A DNA stretch of 64,000 nucleotides from Saccostrea cucullata (Eukaryota): NCBI RefSeq assembly GCF_032062105.1, contig NW_026930000.1:1-64000 (forward strand), read 5' to 3'. A model generated the notes under the pieces. The model was given only the letters and a program-made list of their open reading frames with translations. It searched no databases and was not told the origin of the DNA. How positions within the stretch are numbered: position 1 is the first letter of the stretch; each line of letters starts with the position of its first letter. The position numbers and the translations under genes were made by a program. Shown piece after piece: positions 1-12,182 of the stretch.

Positions 1-194
1 GACTACTGTGAACCAAGAGTAGAAATGGTATGTAGTAATTTGAATTGTTTCAATGATATGCAAAAAAAGTACAAAAAAAAAATCAGATTGACTCTCTCTT
101 ATATATGAATTTTTATTTGATTGTTCAGGTACCCACTCAAGCAAAGAAGAAATCCTTCAGAGGAAGACTGAGGAAATTCTTTGGTTTCAAATAA
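1..194 (+). CDS. 3' end of an unidentified spliced gene (exons ..27 and 129-194)
   Basis: GT donor at 28 (ATG|gtatgt), ttgttcag acceptor ending 128, in-frame DYCEPRVEM|VPTQAKKKSFRGRLRKFFGFK* with TAA 192-194, AATAAA near 297. Product not recognisable. Confidence 0.55.
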
Positions 195-484
195 GACTCT
201 ATGTGTGGAACAAGACATAATCTAACTCAAGAGTGTCATGATCTCTTAATTCAATTTTAATTCTTAACTGCTTTTTATCAGTCTTTCCATTGTTTTAATA
301 AAATATTTCTAATTGTATTTTTTCTGTTTTTATTAGTGTGTCTATTGCATAGGCTGGTTTCTTGAATTGTAATTCAGTGCTTGAGATTAGAAAATATGTA
401 TGGTCATACCAACATCTCCATTAATTTTTTAACTATTCACAATGCATTGGGGTTTTTTTGGTTTTAAACGCATTCTGATAATGT

Positions 485-920
485 AGCAGATGCTCACTCC
501 TCATGGCACCTGATCCCACCTCTGATTTTTGGAGGTCGTGCTCGCTCTGCTCCAATTTTGTATTGTTTTATGGACTTCTGAGGTTGAATGTTGTTCGTCA
601 TCTTCATATATAATTATTTCATTATCACATGTCGACACGATATATCCTAGTGAGCTTATTGTAAAAGATACAACAGAGTCTGTCACATTTGCTTCATACT
701 GAGTATATACTGGGGCGTATTTGGATATTTTACTAGAAAAAGACATTTATGGTATGCAGCAATATAGCTGCATATGGGATTTATATCTCTCAGTTAATTC
801 AATACGCAAGAGAATGGTCTTCGTCTCAAGAATTTTTAAAACGAGGCAATTTATTGACAAACAAGTTGATGAAACAAACTTAAAGTTATCATTTCGTAAG
901 TTCTATGGTTGATACAATGA
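485..920 (+). mobile_element. Decayed Penelope-like retroelement remnant (RT C-terminal part plus 3' tail segment)
   Basis: Frameshifted translation gives KDTTES..., AYGIYISQLIQYAR, FKTR, LKLSFRKFYG motifs typical of the PLE RT C-terminus; related remnant at 6360-6680. Confidence 0.6.
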
Positions 921-1212
921 CCTTGACAGCAAAAACAGTCGTCGACCCCATCCCTCTCCGAGAAAAATCTAAATCCGCTCATGTGTATTTTAGTGAAATT
1001 TTGGGAGAAGCAAATCTAACGGAACCCTCCCACTTTCTTCAAGATACATTTATTTGTTAATTATGAAAAATGGAGGGAACTGAACCAATCGACATTTTAT
1101 GTCCTTTTGTCAGAGAGTCTTTTGCAAAACAAAACCCATAAAACGCCATATAAAATGAAATGTACAGGAGGAACATACAAACGGAACATTTCTTAAAAAT
1201 TTCTCAAGAAAA

Positions 1213-1465
1213 GGCGTCGGAACAAGGGGGCTACAATCGGAATATCACTCGGCCTTTTCCGTCAAGTCGAGAAAAAACTCGACTTGACGAAAAAGGCCGA
1301 GTGATGTTCCGATTGCAGGGGGCTAGACGGTGGGGGGGGGGGGGGGGGGGGCTTAGCCCCCTCCCCCAACTTTTTTTGCAAAAATAAACAATATAAAAAT
1401 TGGGGTTTACTTTTTTCTGTTGGTTTACCCCCCCCCCTCCCACTTTCAGTTTGCTTCCGACGCCC
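1213..1465. mobile_element. Short poly-G/poly-C MITE (GGCGTCGGAA...TTCCGACGCC termini) carrying a nested hairpin insertion
   Basis: Terminal inverted repeats visible; related copies at about 9308-9498, 22052-22245 and 23838-23960. Confidence 0.7.
1233..1316. mobile_element. 84-bp hairpin MITE with 8-9 bp TSD
   Basis: About 39-bp near-perfect arms around an AAAAAA loop; direct repeat AGGGGGCT(A) at 1225 and 1317. Confidence 0.7.
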
Positions 1466-1477
1466 AAAGAAATATAC

Positions 1478-4400
1478 CTGGATGAAGGAAGTGACGACAA
1501 TTTCTACAGCTTTCGTTTCCGCTTACTAAATGGTCTATCATGCATTCCATTCGACAAGACTTTTCACTGTAGAAGGAATACCGTTTCAGAGGGTTCCCAC
1601 TTTCGCTGACCTTTAAACATTTACCATAAGGATCACCAAGAAAGCTTTTCTGTAAAAGAAATTAAGATGCAAAATGGAATCAAAATTACAGCATCTTTGT
1701 TATGAAATTTAAACATAAGATGATTTACGAGTCCTTTCCGTATTTTGATGATTAGAACTAGTATCCAGTGACTTATATATACTATACCTAGGTCCCTGGC
1801 GTATCCGAGTAAATGGAAATAGAAACAATGTTTTTTTTTTAAATTTGTAATGTACCGAAAGCTTCATATTATTATATATGTCATTTTCTCCACTAAAATT
1901 TATATAAATATTTTGTTTTTTACATATTTACATTGATTTTTAGCCATTAATTCTTCAATTCATTAATGGTCCCAAGTCATGTTTGTTTTGAATTTATTTG
2001 CAAGTACACCATTTAAAAAATCATGAAAAAGCATTGTAATGAACTGGGCCCGTTACTTTATTTCCATACTAGAACACAGTAAAGAACTACTTATTTTTTG
2101 TAAAATTGTGCTTCAATTTCTTTATATCTTTAATTTGTTAAACAATGGTGCTTTTAGCTTAAAACTGTTAGTAAAAATTTTATCAACAAGTTTAAATTAG
2201 GAAAAAACTATTATTGATTAAAAAAAATGCATGTAATTTCATTCTCAAATTAATTTGTTTTATGTGTCAAATTAATAAAATTGCAGTGAAATAATTCATA
2301 ATGGCATATCTTAACTAACTATTCTATAAATACACAATTTCTTTTTAAAAAAAGTTTGGGTGCATTCCGCACTTGCAGTAAACTTTATTATTACACCCCC
2401 TCTTTTCTAAAGCCTGAATCCGCCCCTGAAACTTTCGCATTTACTTGTACGGTATCATACCCTTGTTTTACTGATGATGGCCTCAGCTGATAATCCAGGA
2501 GCCACCAAAAATCCCCCCATGGAGGGGAGGGGGTCCGTCCCTGGGTCATGGAGAACTACCTGCCCACAAAATAAAATGTTGTCTAAATCAGTAAAATCAT
2601 GCTAATATGTACCTAAAATTGGTAGAGAGAGAGAGAGAGTATATGTTGTTTGCCTGTAAATTTATGTTTGTTTCGAATAATTTGAACTTTGCATCCATTA
2701 GAGTGCGGAACAAATTTTATTTTCAATGAAATATGCACGAGTCACGTATTTTTCGAAGAAGAAATATGTTTAAAAAGGGATAAATTCATAATAAAAAAAA
2801 ATAAATCAATTATGTTCTATATTTTTTAACTAACGTACACAATGGCTCTGCAAATAATAAAAAAATCACAAAGATGGCAAATAAACATTAGTTTTAATAT
2901 TTCAGCCTCTGAAAATAAACTCCAAAGATGCCTCCAGGGATTTAAGTTCATTAATTTTTCATAGAAAAGGGGGAGCCGGTTCATTTACTTATAGTATTTC
3001 AATAGAAATGTGCTCAATTATTTTCCGGATCATTCTTTTGTATACGTTGCCGATTATTCTTTCATTTTTAAGTATTTGTTAGAATACATTAAATGGCTTT
3101 TATGATTATTCCACAAGGGATAAAGTATTATATCCGGAATCCTGTTGTTGTTTTTTTTTTCAAATTACATCTGCCTCAAAACAAAATACACGTAGGCATT
3201 TAATTTAAAGCTCCCCGTAATCAAAGATTCAGGAGCATGTAGTTTTTGCCCTATTCGTCCCTCTGTCTGTGTAATTGTTTTATGTCTGTACGCAAAAACT
3301 ATAACCTTGCCCTTTACATTTGACTGGGTGGGGATATGGCTTTCATATTTCACAGGTGTATTTCTTGTGATAAGATCTTTTGGGTACAACCAAATTTGAC
3401 CTCTTGACCACCTGACCTTGGAGTTTGACTCACTTTTACAAAACATAATAAACTTTAGCCATAAGTTTTGCGACTTTCCAATTGGTATAAATATTTTTTA
3501 CCTTTTCAAGTTAGGAGTTTGACCCGCCTCATAAAAACTTAACCTTAACCTTGACCATAACTTTCGAACAATTGGAAATAGGGCATTCTTATTTCACAAA
3601 TGTAGTCCCTGTGAAAAGATCTTCATCTTGATACCATCAATTTTGACCTTGACATTTCACTTGCATTTGAGAAACGACAACCTTCGCCATAAACTTCCAT
3701 ACGATGTCTTGTTTCATTTGATAAAAGTAAACTACCAATCGTAGATGCATATATCTATTCAGCAGGGTCTAAAAGCTATACACGGCATAACATGCACGAC
3801 CCTTTTACCTTGACCTTCGATTTTGAACCACTTTTTAATAAAAAAAAAAATAACTTAGCCATAACATTTAAATTGTTGGTGTTTTCATATTTCACAGGTA
3901 TAAGTATATATATTTTCCTGAGACAAGTCATTTCTTTTCCAATCTGTGTAACAGAAATTAATCTAGTTGTCCGATATCAACAAACATCCTCAGGCCACCA
4001 TCAGGTCCAGTTCTTGTAAAACACACCCCCATTTCAGAGTCTGATTTTCCTTTGAAAACTTCTGCCGTCGCCAAAAGCTGCCATAGGGGGTCAGTAGTGT
4101 TTCAAAAACACATCATTCTATAGATCATTTTTTCATTTGATCCTGGTTAGTGGTTAGCTTACTTTTAGTATATGTACACGTATATGAATGCTTTAAAAGA
4201 GGATTGTTTGTTTGTTAGTACATGTGTATGTTGTCTAACGTCCCTCTCGAGAATTTTTCACTCATATGTAGACACCATTACTTGCCGGTGGAGAGCTACA
4301 AGCTTTGTCCTATGCTCGACACTAAGGGTCATTGAGCAGGGAGGGATCTTTTTCGTGCCAGCACCTACTGCGACACGGGACCTCGGTTGTTACCCACAGT

Positions 4401-7240
4401 GGGATTCGAATCCGCGACGTAAGGATCAACTCCTTACTTCGTGACGCTCTAACCACTACGCCAATCGGGCGACTAAAACACAGGTACTTGGGTCGTGGTT
4501 TATAAATATTTATAATGTACCTTATTGATATGTAAAAAAAGTAAAGGTATGCAGGCTCCGTAATGGCGTCTGCTCAACTCGCTTGTTTACATGGTCTGTT
4601 TTCTTTAAAAAACGCTGCACCTACCGATATTTCTTCACCGGACGCCTCAGACCATTGATTACTAATTGTAAATATCCTCACATCTTGCAAATAATTCCTA
4701 AAAGGTGATTTTTAAACAATTTTTCAAAATTTTCGTTAACGTGCCCGGAACTAAGTGCAAATACTAAAACCCGAATCAAAATGAAGAATTCCGGCCATTA
4801 AGACACTCCAAAATTCTAGAGGCATCCCGAGAAATTTAAATATAACTTGAAATTTCCATAACTATTTATAATTTTCTCGGAATGCCTCTAGAATTTACGA
4901 GTGTCTTAATGGCCGGAATTCTTCATTTTAATTCGGGTTTTAGTATTTGCACTTAGTTCCGGGCACGTTAACGAAAATTTTGAAAAATTGTTTTAAATTT
5001 ATCACCTTTTAGGAATTATTTGCAAGATGTGAGGATATTTACAATTAGTAATCAATGGTCTGAGGCGTCCGGTGAAGAAATATCGGTAGGTGCAGCGTTT
5101 TTTAAAGAAAACAGACCATGTAAACAAAGTTGAGCAGACGCCATTACGGAGCCTGCATACCTTTACTTTTTTTACATATCAATAAGGTACATTATAAATA
5201 TTTATAAACCACGACCCAAGTACCTGTGGACTAAAAGAGAATTGGCAATATTTGATAGGTCATTTTCTGAAACTTTTTTTTTTCGAGTGAATTACTTTCA
5301 GAAATTGGCTTGTAAGGCTATAACTATTAGTGCCGAGTATGTAAATTTCACTAATGAATTATTTTAGCAAGGCACGCTGAGCGTTTTTTTTTTTAGGTGG
5401 GAGTCAGAATCTCGAATTAAAGCAAAGGCTAAGAGAATTGTAAGACTGTGATGTAGTATGAGTGTGCCATGTCTTTCGGAGACAATGTACCTTAATTCCA
5501 GCTTGAATAGTAGCTGAGTAATAATAATTTAGTTGTCCGATATCAACAAACATCCTCAGGCCACCATCAGGTCCAGTGTACGAGGCCTGCAACCTCTGTC
5601 CCTCCACCCCATTGAACGTAAAACACACCCCCATTTCAGTGAGAGTGGTCTGAAAGAGATCGGAGCAGTTCATAAGAGTTCCTTTCCACGTACATATCGG
5701 CATCATTTCGTGTACTTTATTAGAATACTCATAGAGACATTTCAGCATTTCTTCTCCATTTGGATCTTCTCCAACCACATACCCAAGTTCTGAAGTTAGT
5801 CTATCTTCTATTACCAGAGTTTCGCCGTAATTCAGAAAAAGAGTATCCAGATTTGCGAAGACCGAGCCATTGCACTGTGTAATGGTGTTTCTGACCATGT
5901 TCATGTTGCAGACGGTCACGGCGGGGAAGTCGATGTTTCGTTTGTTTTCGGCGGACACTTGTGTGATTGTTGTATATTTGAAAAAGTTTATGAATGCTTC
6001 CACAATGAATGCAACCAACGCACCGGTCATAGCCAACGTCAGGATCATCCAGATGTATCTAAAAATAAAATTAAAAATATTGATTTCACTACGTAATGTA
6101 TGCTTTAGCTTCCCATTTTTATACCCCCATAATCGAACACTCATATATGCATATACATGTTTTGCTCAGATCGTCCGTCTATCCGTTTGTCTGTTTGTCC
6201 ACAGAAACTTTTATCTTCGCCATGATTTTTGATTGGTTGAGTTTTCATATGTGAATTCCTTGATACAAAACATTTCATCTTGTTTATTCGGGTACATTAG
6301 AAAGATCGATCTGAGTTCAAATCCACGCATTTATTTCCTAAAAATTGTTTATTGGACAATTAACTAAAGAGCAACGTTAATGACAAACTGACAATAAACT
6401 AAATTTCATGAAAAACGTGATAAATTCAACTTCTATTGTTAACTTCATTTATTTTTGTTGCAATATACCGGCGATTATTACCTGCATATGGAGTTCAAAT
6501 TAGTATCCCATAGTTGATTCAATATGCAAGAGCATGTTCTACATTCGAACAATTTCTAAAACGAGGCAAGCTATTGACACATAAGTTGATATACAAGGAT
6601 ATCAACATCCCCCTTTAAAGTCAACATTTCGTAAACTCCAGGCTCGAAACTATGACCCTATTTAAAAAACATTATAAGAGGCCTAGGATTGCATATATGC
6701 ATGTTGACGGACGTCTGTCATTCAAATTGCGAAGCCATAACCTCCAGCTTGAATATGGACCTTCGGATTAGAACGCGTACTCCGAGGTCCCGTGTCGCAG
6801 TAGGTGCTGGCATGAAAAAGATCCCTCACTGCTCAATGGCCCTAAGTGCCGAATATAGGACAAAATTTGTAGATCTCTCCACCGGCAAATGGTGGAGTCT
6901 CAATATGAGTGAAAATTTTTCGAGAGGGACGTTCAACAACATACAATCAACAATCAATCCAGCTTGAATTGATTGCGGATTTTTCCGTTCTTGCGGTCAT
7001 GACAAGGAGTGCACGAAAAGAGGTGCTTACTCTTCCATGACAGGTCACCTTAACTCTGATTTCAGCCCGTGTGGGCTCTGCTTATAAAATGGACCTTTAA
7101 GGGATGGTCATTGATAATTATTTTCATATCTCATTAAAAATATATGAATGCAAAAACTTATTACTTATTTGATCAAATACTTCGTTCGAAATAAAAAAAA
7201 AAAAACAAAACAAAACAAAAAAAAAACAAAAAAAAAAAAA

Positions 7241-7275
<35 letters not shown>

Positions 7276-7918
7276 AGAGGCACAGTGAACAATGATACTC
7301 CTCGCCTCCCATATGATCATTATGGCAGTGTCCATGTCTTGCTATGATAAACCCAAAATATGTGTCGGATCAAAAAGTAAACTAGGAGGTGCACAACACA
7401 ATGGCAATATGTAATAAAAAAACCTGTGAAAGTCTCATCAAATTTCATCCATAGGCATGAGAGGAGTTGCGGATAAGAGAAAGGTACCCCAAAGTTTAAC
7501 AGAGGGACGGCCATCCCGATTACTATATACTTTTCAAGCGGGGGTGGAGATGGATGGTATAAAACTCTGTTTTTAGAAATACATGTACATGCATTAGGAT
7601 ATAAGCTGCAGCTACTAGGTTATTTGATATAAAGGTTTTACAAAGAATTAATTTTTTACCGTACTAATACAGTATTTACCAAGATTGATTTCGTCACAAA
7701 ACCCCTGAAATCCGTCTATAGTCTGGTAAAACTAAAATCCTTATCAACCATTGCCAATCTTTCAGTGGTACAAACATACGTCCAATACATACATGCCATA
7801 TATGAAAAAAACAACAACATATAATATTATACCTTCTTCTTGATAAACTAAAATCCCCGGCTTTGTTGACCCCATGAATTGTTGTGGAGGATACAAATTC
7901 ATCAAATTGTTTCCGCAT
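1478..7918 (-). CDS. Acid-sensing ion channel / DEG-ENaC family subunit (partial: 4 exons)
   Basis: Exons 7918-7833 (MRKQFDEFVSSTTIHG, pre-TM1 HG motif), 6058-5491 (TM1, FPAVTVCNMN, CTWKG, GVCFTFN, GPDGGL), 2559-2461 (VVLHDPGTDP...GFLVAPG), 1649-1478 (LGDPYGKC...YSEKSCRMEC...CRNCR, thumb domain). All junctions GT-AG and phase-compatible. TM2 exons not found. Confidence 0.9.
3203..4118 (+). mobile_element. Non-autonomous Helentron/HINE-like element with degenerate internal tandem units
   Basis: 5' module plus (tctg/tccg) microsatellite, repeated 'ttcatatttcaca...tttgaccttgacctt...aaaaactttaaccttg' units, 3' 'gtgtttcaaaaacacatc' end. Contains an ASIC exon fragment at 3959-4037. Confidence 0.7.
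4203..4470 (-). mobile_element. tRNA-derived SINE
   Basis: Minus strand has an A-box (GGCGTAGTGGTTAGAGCG) and B-box-like (GATTCGAATCCC) head, a body shared with the copy at 6783-6960, and a simple-repeat (caaa) tail. Confidence 0.75.
4479..5228. mobile_element. 750-bp foldback DNA transposon with about 360-bp TIRs and 8-bp TSD (P-superfamily-like termini)
   Basis: CACAGGTACTTGGG...CCCAAGTACCTGTG; arms near-identical across their length; TSD GACTAAAA at 4471-4478 and 5229-5236. Confidence 0.9.
6360..6680 (+). mobile_element. Decayed Penelope-like retroelement RT remnant
   Basis: Degenerate KRDKFNF..VNF, NIP..PAYGV, LIQYARACS, FLKRGKLLTHKL motifs; interrupted downstream by a SINE, with the tail resuming at about 6960-7130. 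Confidence 0.6.
6783..6960 (+). mobile_element. 5'-truncated tRNA-SINE copy
   Basis: High similarity to the reverse complement of 4203-4385 (gtcccgtgtcgcagtaggtgctggca...gagagggacgtt) with a (caat)n tail. Confidence 0.7.
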
Positions 7919-9307
7919 TATTTCAATAACGAAGAATGAAATGAATAAACATCAAATTTTAGTGACCTCATATCTGATCTAGATATTCAATTTCGAACGT
8001 ACTTTGGTGTAATGACCAAGGGTTTGCTCATCTCTGATCAATTATTAAAGAAGTCAGCACCCGTATTGGTTATTCTGGTATGATCTTGGAGTTATGGTCA
8101 TTTTTATTGCCATAATTCTATGCCCTTGAAGGTAAATTCCGATCGTCAAATGAAATCAAGTGCATTACTAGTATATAGATAAGTAATGAAATCTGAAATC
8201 AGTAAGAATATTAACGCATACATGTTGCAAGAAGGTTTCTGTTATGGAAGTTAGTGTTACTGTTATAAATTCAATAAATAGTGTTACTGTTATAAATTCA
8301 ATAAATCGTTGAACAATTGTTTGTGAATTGTAACAATTTTGAAAAACTTGATTTTCTTTGAGTTGCAAAGCAACTGAGCGGAGAAAATTATGCATCATTT
8401 CGTAATTTATTGTGCCTTTCAAAACATTTTTATCCGAGCATTATTATATCCAGAGTGGCAATTCTTTTATTTCCTTTTAATTAAAATGATCGAGGAACTT
8501 AAAAATTAAAACCGTAACTTTATTTATCATAAGACCTTCAATAGGAATAAAAAGGAAAAAATATTTATGACATGATGAAATTTTGTCTTTGATCATTCTA
8601 AATACATTGTTTTGTTTCCTATAAAGCTGAATTTTCTTAGATCGAACTGAAAAATGTCTTTCATTATTTATTTTTATTATAACGCTTTTAGCAAATTTGA
8701 AAGAACAATAGAATAAAAAAAATTGAATACTAGTAATTTGAACAACTGCAAAGCGCGACTGACAGCTTGTGCATGAAAAGATCGGCATAAATATTCAAAA
8801 TATTTATAAAAATTGCGGAACATCATTCCATTGTTTTACAACGTTTTGTTCATGTTATTATCCATTGGTCGTCAAAGATAAACTCATAATCACAAAATAA
8901 AGAGAAGATCGATTTTTAATACCTCATAATGTTTGGGCAAATTTATTGGATTTTCATCTAAAACAATTCAGAATTTTGTTTTGTTTTGCATTGTATAATG
9001 GCCCTATCCTAAAAGGTGAGAGTAGGCCCGCCTAAAAGAAGCTGAAATATTTGCACAATTATGTAAATTTCATAGCTTAGCTCGCTGGTATGAAAAATTG
9101 AGATGGATGACCAAATTTCTGTAGCTAACGAATTTCACTGCATCATTTTTCTTAAGAAACAGACTTTGAACCTTTAATTTCTATCAAAGTATACCGGTAA
9201 TTTTATTTGATTAATTTTGCTACTATTCATTTCTACTCATCAATATTGTTTCCTCTTGAAAAGGTTATGATCTTTAATATGATTTAAATGGAATCCCTTA
9301 CACCATA

Positions 9308-9498
9308 CATAGGCGTCGGAAGCAAATTGAAAGTGGAGGGGCTAATTGAAAAGGGGGGCTAAACCAACAAAAAAAAGGGAAAAAAAACCAATGTCCAATG
9401 CCTATATTTTGTATATATTTGCAAAAATTTGTGTGTGTGTGTGTGTGGGGGGGGGGGGTCAGCCCCCCTATAGCCCCCTCCCCGGTTCCGACGCCTAT
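9308..9498. mobile_element. Poly-G MITE
   Basis: CATAGGCGTCGGAA ... TTCCGACGCCTATG terminal inverted repeats. Confidence 0.7.
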
Positions 9499-10414
9499 GC
9501 CATAAATAGATATGCTTTATGGCGAGTTTGGTTTTAAATTTGTCTATAAAACATCACAAGTCTCTCTTTGGCTCAGGTGATCAAAAATAATTTACTTTTT
9601 AAAAATTCCAAGTCCCATTTCCTGTTTCGGGTTTTTTTAGATTCAAAACTTGACCATATTTTTGATACAAATATTCTGTCCGACGGTAAAATTTATAATT
9701 TCAGCGACGTTTAAGGGTTTTCATAAAATCAATTCACAGGAATTTGAGACAGTCTCATAAAAATCAGGTTTATTTATCCAACGGATCATTATTTTTTGAA
9801 AGACATAATCTCATAACTGCAATGGTATGTGCAAACAAACTGAGCAACGCGTGTTAGCATTATCAATACTAGTCCCCTACCGGCAAGTGTAAGCTGGTTT
9901 CCATTAGAAATTTAAAAGGCTGTAATTTTACAAAAAAAAAATCATTGATTAATGAAGTGGAACAAAATGTAAACTTGATCTTAAACTCATCAAAATAAAT
10001 TAAAAAATCAGCTAAATATCTGCAAGCGTTTAGAAAAAAATTGCGAAAACCAAGTGGGACAGACTGACAAACCCGCAGGTGCTAGGCTTGTGCCAGACTT
10101 TGAACACCAAGTTCTAAAATCAAACATTGCAAAATATTTAAAATTACTTTGATTACTTGCTTCGTGTATAAAATACTTTTTCATTACATCATCAGATAAA
10201 AGGAACAGGTAGCTTTGTGAAGCATTTCAAATTTATTTACAGCCTGTTCTGAAAGTTCCAGCACCCACCTTGTTTTCCTCAAAGAGGAGCTCTGTACTGA
10301 GTCTGGTTTCATTTTGATGATCCCAGATAGGAGACTAGGAAACATGTGTGAAGTGACGGACAGACAGTATTTTTATCCTCCGGCTTCACCAATAGGAGAC
10401 TAATGTGTAAGTCT

Positions 10415-10885
10415 ATTTTTATCAAAAGCAGGGGAGGGGGTATATATTGACGGGAGTGTCTGTCCGTCTGTCCGTTTGTTACGATATGGAGCACCAAACT
10501 TTCATCCACAACTCCTCTTATACCACAGAATGAAATTAGATGAGACTTTCACAGAATCTCTGACACCCTTTGTACCCCTTATTTTACTTTTTGATCGGAA
10601 ACATGTCTTGGGTATCCCTTAGCAAAACACGGAGACTGCCATTCTCACTACAATATTGAAGGGTATCCATTTCTTTTCCGCAATTCCTACTATACCACTG
10701 AATAAAATTGAATGATACTTTCATAGATTTTTAATCACATAATGCCAGTGTAACCTTTTATTTTACGTTTTGATCTAACATTTATTTCGGGTCTCCAAGA
10801 GCAGAACATGGACTGTGCCATTATAGACTTGTATGGGAGGCGGGATATCATTTAGAGAGCTTAGTACAAACAAAGCCTTTAGTTT
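10415..10885 (+). mobile_element. Degenerate HINE-like element
   Basis: (gtct/gtcc) microsatellite plus two diverged internal units; related inverted fragment at about 7272-7565. Confidence 0.5.
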
Positions 10886-11825
10886 TAGGTTTATTTCTCA
10901 ATGAAGAATTTTTATGCATGCACTATTATCCTATAACTGATGCTTATTGTAATCCAATTCTACTGATATTTGCAGGACAAAGTAGAGAAAAGAGAAATCC
11001 AATTCAAGTAATGAAAGAGCATAACTTTGAAAATTAAAGAATGTAATTTATTATTTGTTTTCCATTGTCTTTGGGTAAGATACCGGTATCATGATACAAA
11101 TTACTTTTTACATAAACATCAAGAGACAGATATAGAATGAGCATAATCTTCAAATAGATAGAAAGTAATCATTATATAAATATTGCACCTTTTGTATTTA
11201 GAAATCATTGAGTGTAACATTGAAAATTTTAGAAATACCATTTAGCGTTTCTAAGAAAACATATACATGTATATCATATTTCTGATTGAAAATACTTCAA
11301 GTAATTTTTTTAATGTACCATTTCGCTAAAACAAAATGTGCATTTATGAAATAAAGACAAGTAAATGTGTATGCATGAAAATGATTTGAAAAAAAAAAAC
11401 ATGCTTACACTCAACGTGATATATGATAGTATGTAAAATATTTATTATATTATATTGTTAATGTTTTATACAAATACATATTAAAGTAAACCGTGCGCGC
11501 ATAAACAACCGCTTTCCGCGCAGTCGCTATTTTTTTTGAAAACAAAATTATTATACCACCCGTCGTCAAGCAATGTTGACTGTTGCTACGCAGGAGGGCG
11601 TGGTTTCATTATTAAGCGGGTAGTAGTGTTTTTTATAAAAATGTTTTTCTGAAAACAGGGTGGCGGATCAGATTCAAGTAATTTACATGAAAGTATAATA
11701 TAAAAAAATATCTCAGATCGCAATGTCTAATTAATTGAAAAATTTCGAATAAAATGAAAAACAACATACCATCAATTATGCAATCTTATTTTCACCGTAG
11801 CTATTTCACCTAAGATTCTTGAGAT

Positions 11826-12032
11826 ACTGTAGACGTACTTTTTCCCACAGGGTCATAATTCCGCGGAATCTCAATTTCCATTTAATCCGCAGGTTGAAAA
11901 TTACGCGGATTTCTCAGACTGTCACTATATGCTTTGCATTTATAAGTACACTTGGACAAATTTCCGCGGAAAATTTGTGACCGCGTACATAGCGTAAATT
12001 AATACCTCGCGGAAAAACGTACTTCTATAGTA
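11826..12032. mobile_element. Tc1/mariner-type MITE (TA flanks)
   Basis: tactgtagacgtactttttcc ... ggaaaaacgtacttctatagta inverted termini. Similar small TA-flanked MITEs at about 31440-31651, 35058-35242, 36432-36640 and 52501-52656. Confidence 0.6.
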
Positions 12033-12182
12033 TACAGTTAATGATAAATTTCTATAGGCAAACAACAAAGAAAACCTAATAGCTACTTCTAATGCAATGG
12101 TCTGTAAATAGCAGTATGGTGCAGTCTATCAATCTGTGTATGTACATAAGTTTGTAAAGTTGCTAACACTATTTATTGTCCC

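Noticed and set aside
2461-2559. Frameshift in ASIC exon 3
   Set aside because: Recounting the G/C runs gives an open 99-nt exon.
7190-7272. Long poly-A tract as a retrocopy tail
   Set aside because: No adjacent processed gene or TSD; treated as a simple repeat of uncertain length.
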